DNA from: an uncultured Actinomycetes bacterium
GTDB taxonomy: Bacteria; Actinomycetota; Acidimicrobiia; Acidimicrobiales; RAAP-2
Reading direction: 5' to 3'
Assembly: GCA_903874965.1 (NCBI GenBank)
Contig: CAIQUD010000122.1
Location: 31,780-95,779, forward strand
Length of the DNA: 64,000 bases
The position numbers were made by a program, and so were the translations under genes. Positions 17,494-27,453 of the stretch are shown in pieces. Below the pieces are notes generated by a model that had not been told where the DNA came from, did no database searches, and was given only the letters and a program-made list of their open reading frames with translations. Position 1 is the stretch's first letter, and each line of letters starts with the position of its first letter.

Positions 17494-18882
17494 CTAGTTC
17501 CCGCCTCGTTCGCTCCACCAGGCGTCGAGGCGGCGAATTGCCTCTTCCTTGCCAAGCGGTCCTTCATCAAGTCGGAGTTCCAACAAGAACTCGAGCGCTG
17601 CACCAACGGTCGGCGACGGTGAGAGGCCAAGGTGGGCCATCACCTCTCCGCCATCGAGGTCTGGTCGTTGCGCCTTCAGATCCTCGAGTTTTGAGAGTTC
17701 AACAATTCGTTCTTGGAGTTCATCCATCCTGCGATCAAGCTGCCGGGCCTTTGCTGCATTGCGAGTCGTGCAATCGCAACGGGTCAGTTCGTTGAGCCGT
17801 TCAAGATGCTCACCAGCATCTCGGACATAGCGCCGAACGGCCTTATCGGACCATCCCATCTTGTAGGTGTGGAACCGCAGGTGCAGTTCAACCAGCTTCA
17901 CCACGGTCTCAACGTCACTCGTTGGATATTTGAGCGCTTCCATCCGCTTCTTCGTCATGCGGGCACCAACGACCTCGTGATGATGAAAGGTGACCCCGCC
18001 ATTGACGAAGTTTCGTGTCCGGGGCTTGCCTACATCGTGGAAGAGCGCAGCAAGGCGAAGCAGTCGCTCTGGGGAGGTCTTGTCAACGACCGCCATGGTG
18101 TGCGTCAAGACGTCCTTGTGATGATGAATGGGATCTTGCTCTAACGCAAGCCCAGGAAGCTCCGGCAAGAAGTACTCAGCGAGACCGGTGTCGACCAAGA
18201 ACTGCAGGCCGGGAGCCGTGACTGGAGCCACCATCAACTTGTCGAGTTCGTCTCGAATTCGTTCGGCCGAAACAATGGAGAGTCGCTCTCGGTGCACTTC
18301 AACAGCGTTGACGAGTTCTTGATCCGGTGTCAGCTGAAAGCGAGCAATGAACCGCGCCGCTCGGAGCATTCGAAGCGGATCGTCAAGGAAGCTAATGGCT
18401 GGATCGAGAGGCGTTCGAAGGCGCTTCGCCATGAGGTCCGACACACCGCCAAACTCGTCAATGAACAAAGGTTCTGGACCAAGCTTGATCGCCATGGCGT
18501 TGATGGTGAAGTCCCGACGCGCCAGATCGCCAACCAGCTCATCGCCAAAGGTCACGATTGGTTTCCGTGACTCCGGTTCATAGGCATCCGCGCGAAACGT
18601 CGTGATCTCGACCGTGAGGTCACCCTTTCGAGCGCCAATGGTGCCAAAGCGCCTGCCTTGATCCCAGGTGGCATCCGCCCACGGCTTGAGAATCGCTTCA
18701 ATAACATCCGGGCGCGCAGAAGTGGTCAGGTCCCAGTCATCGCTTGGCTGACCAAGAAGGCCATCGCGAACGCAACCGCCTACGGCAAAGAGGTCAAAGC
18801 CTGCAGTGGAAAATCGCTGCTGCAGCTCGTTCGTCGCCTCAAACAGCGGCGAAAACATCTTGAACATGGGGTCCGCCGACAC
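17494..18882 (-). CDS. cca: CCA-adding tRNA nucleotidyltransferase / poly(A) polymerase (PcnA-like) with HD domain
   Basis: FAVGGCVRDGLLG...DWDLTT nucleotidyltransferase head and LAALFHDVGKP HD motif. Confidence 0.85.
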   Translation of the reverse strand: MSADPMFKMFSPLFEATNELQQRFSTAGFDLFAVGGCVRDGLLGQPSDDWDLTTSARPDVIEAILKPWADATWDQGRRFGTIGARKGDLTVEITTFRADAYEPESRKPIVTFGDELVGDLARRDFTINAMAIKLGPEPLFIDEFGGVSDLMAKRLRTPLDPAISFLDDPLRMLRAARFIARFQLTPDQELVNAVEVHRERLSIVSAERIRDELDKLMVAPVTAPGLQFLVDTGLAEYFLPELPGLALEQDPIHHHKDVLTHTMAVVDKTSPERLLRLAALFHDVGKPRTRNFVNGGVTFHHHEVVGARMTKKRMEALKYPTSDVETVVKLVELHLRFHTYKMGWSDKAVRRYVRDAGEHLERLNELTRCDCTTRNAAKARQLDRRMDELQERIVELSKLEDLKAQRPDLDGGEVMAHLGLSPSPTVGAALEFLLELRLDEGPLGKEEAIRRLDAWWSERGGN

Positions 18883-18935
18883 GGGGTAAACCTAGTTCCC
18901 TTCCCCAGCAACAGGAGACCGGTTAGCGTTGGCTG

Positions 18936-20933
18936 GTGCGAATGTCCGCTGTACTCTCCCGCCGACACGCTGGGCTCTTCGTCGCGCTGACGCTGCTTTG
19001 CAGCATGACGTTCGGGATGAAAGCTGCAGGAGCCGGAACCGCAACCTCTAATCAAGTCTCGGTGCTCGATCAGACGACGTCGCTTGAGTCACCTACCGAA
19101 ACGGCTGGATCGCTCTTCTCGATCAACCTCGGATTTTCACCGTCAATTGACCCAACGGTTTCGACCGTTCGCCTTCAACTCTTCCCGTTGATCTACGCGT
19201 CGTCGATCCTTCTCCAAGATGTTGCCGCTCCTCCAATCGCTGGAGCACTTGCCACGACCGGACCACTTGACTTGTCGTGCCTCACTTCCGGCACGTCATC
19301 CGGTCGGCTCGTCATTGCCTTTGCGGCTTCAGGCGGAGTCCGGCCAGCACCAAATCTTGGGGGGAGTTGTTCGAAACCCGCGCCGGTGTTTCAACTCCCT
19401 TGCAGCGGAGCCAGTTGCAATGGTGTCTACCCAATGGTCATCTCCACCGTCAGCCACGGCGTCATGGTGAATCGTCAGACAACCTTCGTTGATCTCACTA
19501 GCGGAACGATTCCTCACAAAGTTCGGGTTGCACTTGTCGTTCCACTTTCACCACTCCAGCCAGAACCCATCCCTTCAGCGACGAACGCTCTCCGTTCAAT
19601 CATGGGACACCCCCGAGTGTCGATGACCCTCGCACCTGAGCCGTCACTGCTCCAACAAGCTCGGCTTGACGGCGGAGGCCTCGACGCACTCCTCAACAAG
19701 ACCTCGAAACTCCCCCATCACGCCGTCTTATCCGATACCTATGTGCCGATTGATCCAACCTGGCTCCGGACCCATGGCTTGAGTGGGGAGCTCGCGATTG
19801 AGCGACGTGAGGGAATTCAGGGACTTGCCGCAGCAGGAATTTCTCCAAGTCCTGCGCTGACGCCCCTCCTCCTGGGCAAGACGTCCATGCCACTTTCAAG
19901 CGATCTCCGCAGCGAAGGCGCCACCTCGGTTCTTGTGAATGGCCAACGCCTCACCGTTGATCCTTCAACGACCTATGGATGGGGCCAGCCCTTCCAATTG
20001 TCGAGCGGAAGTGGCCTCATCAAGGCAGCGGCTCTCGACCACGAGACGGATCGCTTCTTTCGCAATGCTGCTCATGAACCCGGCCTTGCAGCAGCGCAAC
20101 TTCTTGGCTACTTAGCCTTTCGGTTTCATGAGGCTCCGGGCCTCTCCTCCCCAAGGGGCGTTGTTCTTGTACCGAGTCGAAGGGCTGTTTTGCCACCTCG
20201 GTTCTTCAATGTCTTTCTCGGTGGGCTTGAAGCATCGAAGGATCTCGATTCCGTAACCGTCCCCACCTTCTTCGCCACAGTTCCAATGGGAGCGAATGGC
20301 GCGCCAACGACTCGCTACGCCCTGCCAAGCAATCCCACAGTTGACCCCGGGACGGCTCTCGGCATCCGACGAGGGAGATCCATCTGCATTCAGCTCACCG
20401 AAATGCTGCGATTAGCTCCAGAAGAAGCACAACAGCTCAACCACCTTCTTCTCGAGGCCGAGGCATCGGGTCGTCCATCGCTCCCTCGGCTTCATGACTT
20501 TCAACGAGCGGTCGCCGAGCTCTCACACTCCATCACCGTTCCGTCATCGTCATTCACCCTGACCTCACAGCAAGGAACACTCACCCTCACGATTGTCTCG
20601 ACAGCGGAGAGTCCCCTTCGCGTCCATGTGCAACTTGTCAGCGATCACTTGGCCTTTCCCCATGGAAGCGGCTTTGATCTCACGTTGCATCAGTCAGCAA
20701 CTGCTGTTCGGATTCCCGTCATTGCGCAGACAACTGGTGTCTTGCCACTCCAAGTTGTCGTCACCGCTCCAGGAAGTACCTTCCTGCTTGCGACAGCTGC
20801 ACTCACGGTTCAGGTTGCCGCAGCGTCGATCGTGGGCGTGCTCCTCACCGTTGGCGCCATTGGCGTGCTCGGTTGGTGGTGGCTGACGACGTGGCGCAAA
20901 GGTCGCAAAGCAAAGCGGGCGAACCGTGGCTGA
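18936..20933 (+). CDS. large secreted, C-terminally membrane-anchored protein (Rv3909/DUF6049-like)
   Basis: N-terminal signal-like segment (GLFVALTLLCSMTFGMKAAGA) and a C-terminal TM plus basic tail (VGVLLTVGAIGVLGWWWLTTWRKGRKAKR). Sits immediately upstream of murJ and overlaps it, as the Rv3909-type gene does in Mycobacterium. The family name is from memory. Confidence 0.5.
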   Translation: MRMSAVLSRRHAGLFVALTLLCSMTFGMKAAGAGTATSNQVSVLDQTTSLESPTETAGSLFSINLGFSPSIDPTVSTVRLQLFPLIYASSILLQDVAAPPIAGALATTGPLDLSCLTSGTSSGRLVIAFAASGGVRPAPNLGGSCSKPAPVFQLPCSGASCNGVYPMVISTVSHGVMVNRQTTFVDLTSGTIPHKVRVALVVPLSPLQPEPIPSATNALRSIMGHPRVSMTLAPEPSLLQQARLDGGGLDALLNKTSKLPHHAVLSDTYVPIDPTWLRTHGLSGELAIERREGIQGLAAAGISPSPALTPLLLGKTSMPLSSDLRSEGATSVLVNGQRLTVDPSTTYGWGQPFQLSSGSGLIKAAALDHETDRFFRNAAHEPGLAAAQLLGYLAFRFHEAPGLSSPRGVVLVPSRRAVLPPRFFNVFLGGLEASKDLDSVTVPTFFATVPMGANGAPTTRYALPSNPTVDPGTALGIRRGRSICIQLTEMLRLAPEEAQQLNHLLLEAEASGRPSLPRLHDFQRAVAELSHSITVPSSSFTLTSQQGTLTLTIVSTAESPLRVHVQLVSDHLAFPHGSGFDLTLHQSATAVRIPVIAQTTGVLPLQVVVTAPGSTFLLATAALTVQVAAASIVGVLLTVGAIGVLGWWWLTTWRKGRKAKRANRG

Positions 20934-22692
20934 CGACGAACTCCCCGAAGAACCAGCAGTTCCATGGTGGGAGGAGTACCGAGGTGACTCGCTCCAATTG
21001 CCGGATGACTTGTACCTGATTGAGCCCCTTGGGGTTGTTGAGTGGGAACCAGGCAAACACGCCAGCTCGGCATCCACCGCCTCAGCCAACATCGACGAAG
21101 ACGTCGCGCCTCCTGCACGACTTGGTCGCTCGATCTCTTCAATGGCACTTGGGACAGCCTTCAGTCGACTCACTGGTCTGCTCCGAATTTTGGTGCTCGC
21201 CTATGCGCTTGGCCTTACCCCGATTGCCGATGCCTTCAACTTGGCCAACACCATTCCGAACATGGTGTTCGACCTCGTCCTTGGGGGCGTCATTGCCGCC
21301 ACCTTTGTTCCGGTCTTCATTCAGCAACTTGAAACCCGCAAACAGAAAGACGCATGGCGTTCAATTTCGGCGGTATTGACCCTTGCGCTTGTGCTGCTCG
21401 GGATTGCCACCGTTCTCTGTGTGGCGCTTGCTCCATGGATCATTCAGTCCTTCACGAGCTTGCACACTGGGGGCACGGCGACTGTTTCCGCAACGACACT
21501 CGAGAGTCAGCGCCATGCGGCGACCGTGCTCCTTCGATGGTTCGCTCCACAAGTCTTTTTCTACGGCTTGATTGCCCTCACCACTGCACTGCTCAATATT
21601 CAACGAATTTTCGCTCCCCCAATGTGGGTGGCGGTCGCCAACAACGTGGTGTGCATTGGCGTGCTGATTCTCTTCGCTTCTGCCGGAAGGGCTCCAAGTC
21701 TCGAAGCAATGGCTGCGGACCCGAATCGACTCCTCCTGCTTGGTCTTGGATCGACACTTGGGGTCGTCGCCCAAGCACTACTGCTTCTTCCGTTCTTGCT
21801 CAAGACCGAGACGCGCTACCTCTGGTGGCGATTCGACCTTCAGGATCTCGCAGTCAAAGCAACGATGAAACTCGGGAGTTGGACGGTCGGCCTGGTCATT
21901 GCCAACCAAGTTGCCTTGTTCGTCATCCTGGCGCTGGCGTTCGGACTCGGTGGAAATGGCGAAGTCAGTGCCTACAGCTATGCCTGGGTCTTCTTCCAGA
22001 CCCCCTACGCCATCATTTCAATCTCGGTCATGAGTGGCATGACCCCAGCGCTGTCGTCCGCCTTCGCACAGGGAGACCTCGAGTCCTATCGCACGCAGTT
22101 TGGCAAAGGACTCCGAAGTGTTCTCGTGATCATCCTTCCACTCTCGGTCTTGTTGTTCATTGTTGCCAAGCCCCTTTTGCAACTGCTCCTCGGACTTCAC
22201 GGCAATGGAGCTGGGCAGGCAGTCATGGCGGGACATGCCCTCGCAGCTTTTGCCCTCGGCCTACCAGGCTTCTGCGCCTTTCAACTCGCCATTCGTGCAT
22301 TCCAAACTCGCCATGCCGGCCACCAAGCGTTCTGGCTCTACCTCTTTGAAAATGGTCTCACCATTGCCTTGGCGGTGCTGTTGGTGGACCACCTCGGCGT
22401 GACGGGACTTGCGTTAGCAAATTCGATTGCGTATTCCGCCGCAGCCCTCATTGGTCTCTTGTGGTTGCGTTCATCAACGGGACGCCTTGGCGATACAGGA
22501 ACCTTTCGCCCACTCCTTCGGGTCTCCATTGCGAGCTTCGTCATGGGCATCGTTGCAATCGTTGGGATCAACGTGAGTGCGTCAACCTCAACGGGAGGAC
22601 TGGTCGTCCGACTCATCGTTTGTGGCCTTGGAGCCCTTGCTGCCTATGGTCTCGTCGTCGTCGTTCTTGCGCACTATGAACGTGGACGATAG
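20926..22692 (+). CDS. murJ: lipid II flippase MurJ/MviN
   Basis: MALGTAFSRLTGLLR...ADAFNLANTIPN and about 14 TM segments. The start is uncertain, and a roughly 70-aa acidic N-terminal extension is possible. Confidence 0.85.
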   Translation: MADDELPEEPAVPWWEEYRGDSLQLPDDLYLIEPLGVVEWEPGKHASSASTASANIDEDVAPPARLGRSISSMALGTAFSRLTGLLRILVLAYALGLTPIADAFNLANTIPNMVFDLVLGGVIAATFVPVFIQQLETRKQKDAWRSISAVLTLALVLLGIATVLCVALAPWIIQSFTSLHTGGTATVSATTLESQRHAATVLLRWFAPQVFFYGLIALTTALLNIQRIFAPPMWVAVANNVVCIGVLILFASAGRAPSLEAMAADPNRLLLLGLGSTLGVVAQALLLLPFLLKTETRYLWWRFDLQDLAVKATMKLGSWTVGLVIANQVALFVILALAFGLGGNGEVSAYSYAWVFFQTPYAIISISVMSGMTPALSSAFAQGDLESYRTQFGKGLRSVLVIILPLSVLLFIVAKPLLQLLLGLHGNGAGQAVMAGHALAAFALGLPGFCAFQLAIRAFQTRHAGHQAFWLYLFENGLTIALAVLLVDHLGVTGLALANSIAYSAAALIGLLWLRSSTGRLGDTGTFRPLLRVSIASFVMGIVAIVGINVSASTSTGGLVVRLIVCGLGALAAYGLVVVVLAHYERGR

Positions 22693-22823
22693 GTAAACCC
22701 AAGCGCGCGAAGTGTCACGTCTTCGCACAAGTTGACGAGACCATCGGTGGTCACGTGATCGACCCAAACGAGACCTCGGCGGGCATGGCAGACTGGCCGT
22801 GAAGAGCACGCCAAGGGGGGCCA

Positions 22824-23666
22824 ATGGCAAAAATCAAGATCGTTACCGACAGCGCATGTGACCTCACACCAGAGATTGCCGCAGCGAATGACGTTGCCGT
22901 TGTTCCGCTATCCATCCGATTCGGGGACACGGAGTACATCGACCGCACCGACATCACGCCAACGCAATTTTGGGAGCTCTGCCGCTCGGCAAAAGAACTC
23001 CCCGAGACCGCGGCACCATCACCTGGACAGTTCCAGGATGCCTTTCGAACGGCGAAAGATGAGGGATACGACGGCGCGGTCTGCATCAACCTCTCTGCAG
23101 CGCTCTCGGGCACGTATCAGTCTGCGCTGACCGCAGCAGAGGCTATGGCGGAGGAATTTCCCGTCATCGTTGTGGACTCCAAAGCCGTGACCATGGCGCA
23201 AGGGCTGATGGTGCTCGCCGCTGCCGAAATGGCAAAGGCTGGCTTGACGGCCGCCGAAATCGCCAGTGCGACAACGGCTTCGATTGACCGGGTCCATGTC
23301 TTAGGTGTGCTCGACACCCTTGAGCACTTGGTCAAGGGCGGTCGCGTTGGTGGGGCGAAAGGTCTTCTTGGTTCGATGCTCTCGATTAAGCCAATTTTGG
23401 AACTTCGTGACGGCCTCGTCGCTGAAGAGTCGAAGCAACGAACGCGGACTCGCGCGATTAAGTATTTGGCCGACAAGGTCAAGGCGGACGCGCCATTTGA
23501 ACGAGTTGCCATTGTCCACGGTGACGCTTCGGATCTCGATGTCATGATGACGAGCCTTGAAGGCGTTGACCTTGGAACCGACCTCATTGTTTCCGACCTT
23601 GGCCCAGTGGTAGGCACCCACGGAGGACCTGGTCTCATTGGTGTCTGCTACATCACCAAGAGTTAG
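22824..23666 (+). CDS. DegV-family fatty-acid-binding protein
   Basis: IKIVTDSACDL...TAAPSPGQF...LSGTYQSA...GTHGGPG. Confidence 0.9.
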   Translation: MAKIKIVTDSACDLTPEIAAANDVAVVPLSIRFGDTEYIDRTDITPTQFWELCRSAKELPETAAPSPGQFQDAFRTAKDEGYDGAVCINLSAALSGTYQSALTAAEAMAEEFPVIVVDSKAVTMAQGLMVLAAAEMAKAGLTAAEIASATTASIDRVHVLGVLDTLEHLVKGGRVGGAKGLLGSMLSIKPILELRDGLVAEESKQRTRTRAIKYLADKVKADAPFERVAIVHGDASDLDVMMTSLEGVDLGTDLIVSDLGPVVGTHGGPGLIGVCYITKS

Positions 23667-23707
23667 TTCTTGCCGAACGGCGTCAAGGTCTCAGGTAGGT
23701 TGAGCAC

Positions 23708-24049
23708 ATGGCAGAACAACGTGACAGTGCGAAGGGGCGCCCGGCCGTAGAGGATCTCCCCGGCAAGGCCGCAGATCTTATTGACGAGTTCGTCGATCGG
23801 CTCCACAACAAGTTTGTCCGCAAGATCATCCTTGCCGCCAGAATGCTGGTGTTCGGTTTGCTCATGGTGTCGGTTGCGATCCTTGCCTTCATCATTGCGG
23901 CAATTGGTGTCGTTCGGTTCTTGAACGTTTACCTCTTCCATGGCCACGAATGGGCGAGTTACGCCATTGTCGGCATCATCCTGTTCGGGACCGGCCTGTT
24001 CATCTTCAGGCGCCACCACATCAAAGTCGAAGGGGGGCTCCGTGACTGA
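23708..24049 (+). CDS. small two-TM membrane protein (hypothetical)
   Basis: 113 aa: a charged N-terminus followed by two hydrophobic helices. Its stop overlaps the trxB GTG start (GTGACTGA). Confidence 0.5.
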   Translation: MAEQRDSAKGRPAVEDLPGKAADLIDEFVDRLHNKFVRKIILAARMLVFGLLMVSVAILAFIIAAIGVVRFLNVYLFHGHEWASYAIVGIILFGTGLFIFRRHHIKVEGGLRD

Positions 24050-24992
24050 GCACCGCGAAGTCCTCATCATTGGTTCTGGACCAGCTGGTCTCACCGCTGC
24101 GGTCTACACCGCAAGAGCCCAACTCAGTCCTCTCGTTCTCGAAGGCGAGCCTTCGTCGACTTCTGACCAGCCCGGCGGACAGCTGATGTTGACCACCGAT
24201 GTGGAGAATTTTCCCGGATTTCCAATGGGAATTACCGGTCCAGAGCTCATGGGCCAGATGCGTGAACAGGCGCTGCGATTCGGTGCAGACCTCATCACCG
24301 CGAAGGCAACGCGCGTCGACCTCTCAAGTCGTCCGTTCAAGGTCTATGTCGGCACCGACGAGCCCACCTACGAGGCTGATTCCCTCATTGTGGCAACAGG
24401 GGCTAGATCACTCATGCTCGGAGTTCCGGGCGAGGAGCGACTGCTCGGCTTTGGCTTGTCAACCTGCGCAACCTGTGACGGATTCTTCTTCCGTGGTCAT
24501 GAAATTGCCGTCGTTGGTGGAGGCGACTCCGCCCTTGAAGAGGCGATGTTCCTCACCCGATTCGCCTCGAAAGTCCATCTCCTCGTTCGTCGCGACCAAC
24601 TCAGGGCATCAAAGATCATGCAAGAGCGGACGTTCGCCAATGAGAAGATCGAAGTCCACTGGAACACCGGAGTAACTGAGGTCATTGGCGAGACCAAAGT
24701 CGAGCGCCTCGCCATTGTCGACACGGTGACTGGTGAGCCTGGAATTCTGGAAGTCACGGGGATTTTCGTGGCAATTGGCCACGTGCCAAATACCAGTTTG
24801 TTTGAAGGCCAGCTCGATCTCCACGACAATGGCTACATCGTCGTTGGAGAGGGTGCACGGACCTCCGTCGAGGGCGTTTTTGCCTGTGGAGACGTCCAAG
24901 ATCACGTCTACCGTCAGGCAATCACCTCCGCAGGGTCTGGTTGCATGGCAGCAATCGACGCCGAACGTTGGCTTGAAGAACAAGGTCTCTAA
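24042..24992 (+). CDS. trxB: thioredoxin-disulfide reductase
   Basis: IIGSGPAGLTAAVYTARA, redox CATCDG, VVGGGDSALEEA. GTG 24042 is preferred. Confidence 0.95.
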   Translation: MTEHREVLIIGSGPAGLTAAVYTARAQLSPLVLEGEPSSTSDQPGGQLMLTTDVENFPGFPMGITGPELMGQMREQALRFGADLITAKATRVDLSSRPFKVYVGTDEPTYEADSLIVATGARSLMLGVPGEERLLGFGLSTCATCDGFFFRGHEIAVVGGGDSALEEAMFLTRFASKVHLLVRRDQLRASKIMQERTFANEKIEVHWNTGVTEVIGETKVERLAIVDTVTGEPGILEVTGIFVAIGHVPNTSLFEGQLDLHDNGYIVVGEGARTSVEGVFACGDVQDHVYRQAITSAGSGCMAAIDAERWLEEQGL

Positions 24993-25054
24993 CGCTCGGG
25001 AACAACCTGGGCCGATATGGCGTTGTACGTTTGCCAACCAATGAAAGGTGCATC

Positions 25055-25378
25055 ATGAGTGAGCACGTCATCAACCTGACCGACGACACCTTCGACGAGC
25101 AGATCGGCGCCGCCTCAGGGGCCGTCATCGTCGACTTCTGGGCCGAATGGTGCGGACCCTGCAAGATGATCGCCCCAATTCTCGACGAAATTGCCGCCGA
25201 GCATGCCGGGATCACGGTCGCCAAGCTAAACATCGATGAAAACCTCGATGTCACCCGCAGGTTCGACGTCATGTCGATTCCTACCTTGATTGTCTTCAAG
25301 GATGGCCAGGCCGTTAAGCGCCTGGTCGGTGCAAAGCCCAAGGGTGCCTTGGTGCAGGAGCTTGCCGAGTACCTGTGA
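25055..25378 (+). CDS. trxA: thioredoxin
   Basis: DFWAEWCGPCKMIAP. ATG 25055 is preceded by AAAGGTG. Confidence 0.95.
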   Translation: MSEHVINLTDDTFDEQIGAASGAVIVDFWAEWCGPCKMIAPILDEIAAEHAGITVAKLNIDENLDVTRRFDVMSIPTLIVFKDGQAVKRLVGAKPKGALVQELAEYL

Positions 25379-26394
25379 GTCTTCGCCAGGGCATCCCCCT
25401 TGCTGAGGGCAGCACTGGCGACTCCGTCGACGACGTCAAGTTCCGCTTGGCCGAAATCGGTCTCGATACGTCCCTTGATCCAGCCTCGACCTACGGCCCA
25501 GCAACTCGGGCCGCGGTCGAGGCGTTTCAACGTCGACGAGGCCTTCCCATCACTGGAGTAGTTGACACCGCTACCTGGGACACGCTCGTAGAAGCTGGCT
25601 ATCTCCTTGGTCGTCGAGTTTTGCTTCGCCAAGTGCCGTTGCTTCGCGGCGATGACGTCGCAGACCTTCAACAACGCCTTTGCGCACTTGGCTTTGATAC
25701 GAATCGAGTCGATGGCCTCTTTGGGGACCTCACCGCTCATGCTGTTGAACAATTTCAACAGAACATGGGGCTGAAGCCCGACGGCGTAGCCGGACTTTCG
25801 ACGATCGAAGCTCTTTTGCGTCTTGGTCCACGGACCGAAAATGCCCGTTCAGTGACTGAAGTTCGAGCGAATGAGTCGCTCCGCCATCATCTTGGTGGGC
25901 CGCTCTATCGAAGCATTGCCATAGCCGACCTCGGAGGGATGGCTGCCGCCGTAGCCCAACTAACCAGAGAACTGCATCAGTCGGCCGAGGTATCGGTCAT
26001 TGAAGTAACTGGCGATGAAAGCAACCAAGCTACGCAAGCGAATGCTGCTGAAGTTGACCTCTATCTCGGGTTGCACTCCTCTGGAAGAGCGTCTGGATCT
26101 AGAACAATGTTCTATAAGGGTTACTCCTACACGTCCGCCGCCGGAGAGTTTCTCGCCTCGCGAATTAGTCAGACCCTGCCGGTTCCCTTTGCCGACCAGA
26201 TCAACGAAGTGGTTGGCATGGCGTTACCGCTTCTTCGAGAGACGTTGATGACCGCCGTCATTCTTGAAGTCGGACCAGCAGAGCTGGTGGTGGAGCATGG
26301 TCCAGGACTTTGTCAAGCAGTGGCGAAGGCGATTCTTGAGACCGCTCGCAGAGACGTCGATAACGAACTCACGTCATCCACTTTGCACCCATAA
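25375..26394 (+). CDS. cwlM: CwlM-like protein: two PG-binding repeats plus an N-acetylmuramoyl-L-alanine amidase (Amidase_3) domain
   Basis: Two repeats (GDSVDDVKFRLAEIG...; GDDVADLQQRLCALGF...DGLFG) followed by an amidase-like C-terminal half. Same position after trxA as Mycobacterium cwlM. GTGA overlap with the trxA stop. Confidence 0.8.
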   Translation: MSLRQGIPLAEGSTGDSVDDVKFRLAEIGLDTSLDPASTYGPATRAAVEAFQRRRGLPITGVVDTATWDTLVEAGYLLGRRVLLRQVPLLRGDDVADLQQRLCALGFDTNRVDGLFGDLTAHAVEQFQQNMGLKPDGVAGLSTIEALLRLGPRTENARSVTEVRANESLRHHLGGPLYRSIAIADLGGMAAAVAQLTRELHQSAEVSVIEVTGDESNQATQANAAEVDLYLGLHSSGRASGSRTMFYKGYSYTSAAGEFLASRISQTLPVPFADQINEVVGMALPLLRETLMTAVILEVGPAELVVEHGPGLCQAVAKAILETARRDVDNELTSSTLHP

Positions 26395-26464
26395 ATCTAC
26401 GTGTGAACGGACCTTGACCTCAAGTTGAGCACTGAGTGACGACTTTGTGACAGAAATCTGACAA

Positions 26465-26491
26465 TCCACAACCTGTGCTTAAGGTTGTGGA
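26465..26491. terminator. 10-bp stem-loop between convergent cwlM and parB
   Basis: TCCACAACCT-gtgctta-AGGTTGTGGA. No clear U-tract. The arms also resemble DnaA boxes. Confidence 0.4.
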
Positions 26492-26520
26492 CGACTGCAG
26501 AACTCCGGAACGACGCTTCC

Positions 26521-27453
26521 TTACGAGTTGAGGGTTGAGGTTCCAGTCGTCGGACTTCCCAACATCGCCCTGTAGATCCGCTCGAGATCTTCCAACGTAG
26601 CGAACTCCACCATCAACTTGCCACGAGTCTTCTTGAGATCGACCTTGACGCGGGTCGCCAAGTGATCAGACAGAAGTTCTTCCAACTCGAGCACCATGGG
26701 ATCCGGCATCCGCCGGAGTCCTGCGCCAGGTGCTGGAGAAGGACTCGTACCATCCTCAATGACAGGGGCCACAGTAAGTGGTTCGTCTCCGCGAATAATG
26801 GCCTCGAGAACCCGAACAGACAGATCTTCTTCGACGCAACGAACGGCCAGCTCTTCAAGAGTCGCTCGATCAGTCACACCAAGCAACGCACGGCCATGAC
26901 CTGCGCTCAGGGCGCCTTCATTCACCAGGGCCTGCACAGAAACAGGGAGCTGAAGCAGCCGAAGGGTGTTCGTAACCGACGCACGGCTCTTCCCCACTCG
27001 CTGAGCAACTTGGTCATGGGTCAATGAGAATTCATCGACGAGCTGCTGGTATGCCGCCGCTTCTTCCAGTGCATTGAGGTCAGAACGTTGGACATTCTCA
27101 ACCAAGGCCTGCTCGAGGCTCGAGAGGTCATCAACGGCTGCTCGAACGAGCACTGGGATGGTCTGGAGGCCTGCCCTGCGAGCAGCTCTCCATCGGCGTT
27201 CTCCAGCAATGAGCTCATAGGACTCTTCTTCACCCTCTAGCAATCGAACGAGGATGGGCTGGAGAACGCCGAGCTCCTTGATTGAGGCCGCAAGTGAACT
27301 CATCGCCTCTTCGTCAAAGATTGATCGAGGTTGATACGAATTTGGCTTGATGGCACCGATTGGTACCTCTCGAAGAGCCGAAGAGGTGTCATTGGCAACC
27401 TCCGTGGGGATGAGCGCCCCCAGGCCTTTACCGAGTCCGCTTGGTCGCGCCAT
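26521..27453 (-). CDS. parB: chromosome partitioning protein ParB
   Basis: IKPNSYQPR, LQPILVR, ELIAGERRWRAARRAGL (box II) and an HTH (LTHDQVAQRVGKSRASVTN). Confidence 0.95.
   Translation of the reverse strand: MARPSGLGKGLGALIPTEVANDTSSALREVPIGAIKPNSYQPRSIFDEEAMSSLAASIKELGVLQPILVRLLEGEEESYELIAGERRWRAARRAGLQTIPVLVRAAVDDLSSLEQALVENVQRSDLNALEEAAAYQQLVDEFSLTHDQVAQRVGKSRASVTNTLRLLQLPVSVQALVNEGALSAGHGRALLGVTDRATLEELAVRCVEEDLSVRVLEAIIRGDEPLTVAPVIEDGTSPSPAPGAGLRRMPDPMVLELEELLSDHLATRVKVDLKKTRGKLMVEFATLEDLERIYRAMLGSPTTGTSTLNS

Noticed and set aside
21354-22349. 331-aa plus-strand ORF within murJ
   Set aside because: It is an alternative frame of murJ and is R/P/S-rich without TM segments. The murJ frame carries the conserved motifs.
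22751-22758. TCACGTGA palindrome as a fourth parS
   Set aside because: Only the central 8 bp match and the flanking TGTT/AACA arms are absent (GTGGTCACGTGATCGA).
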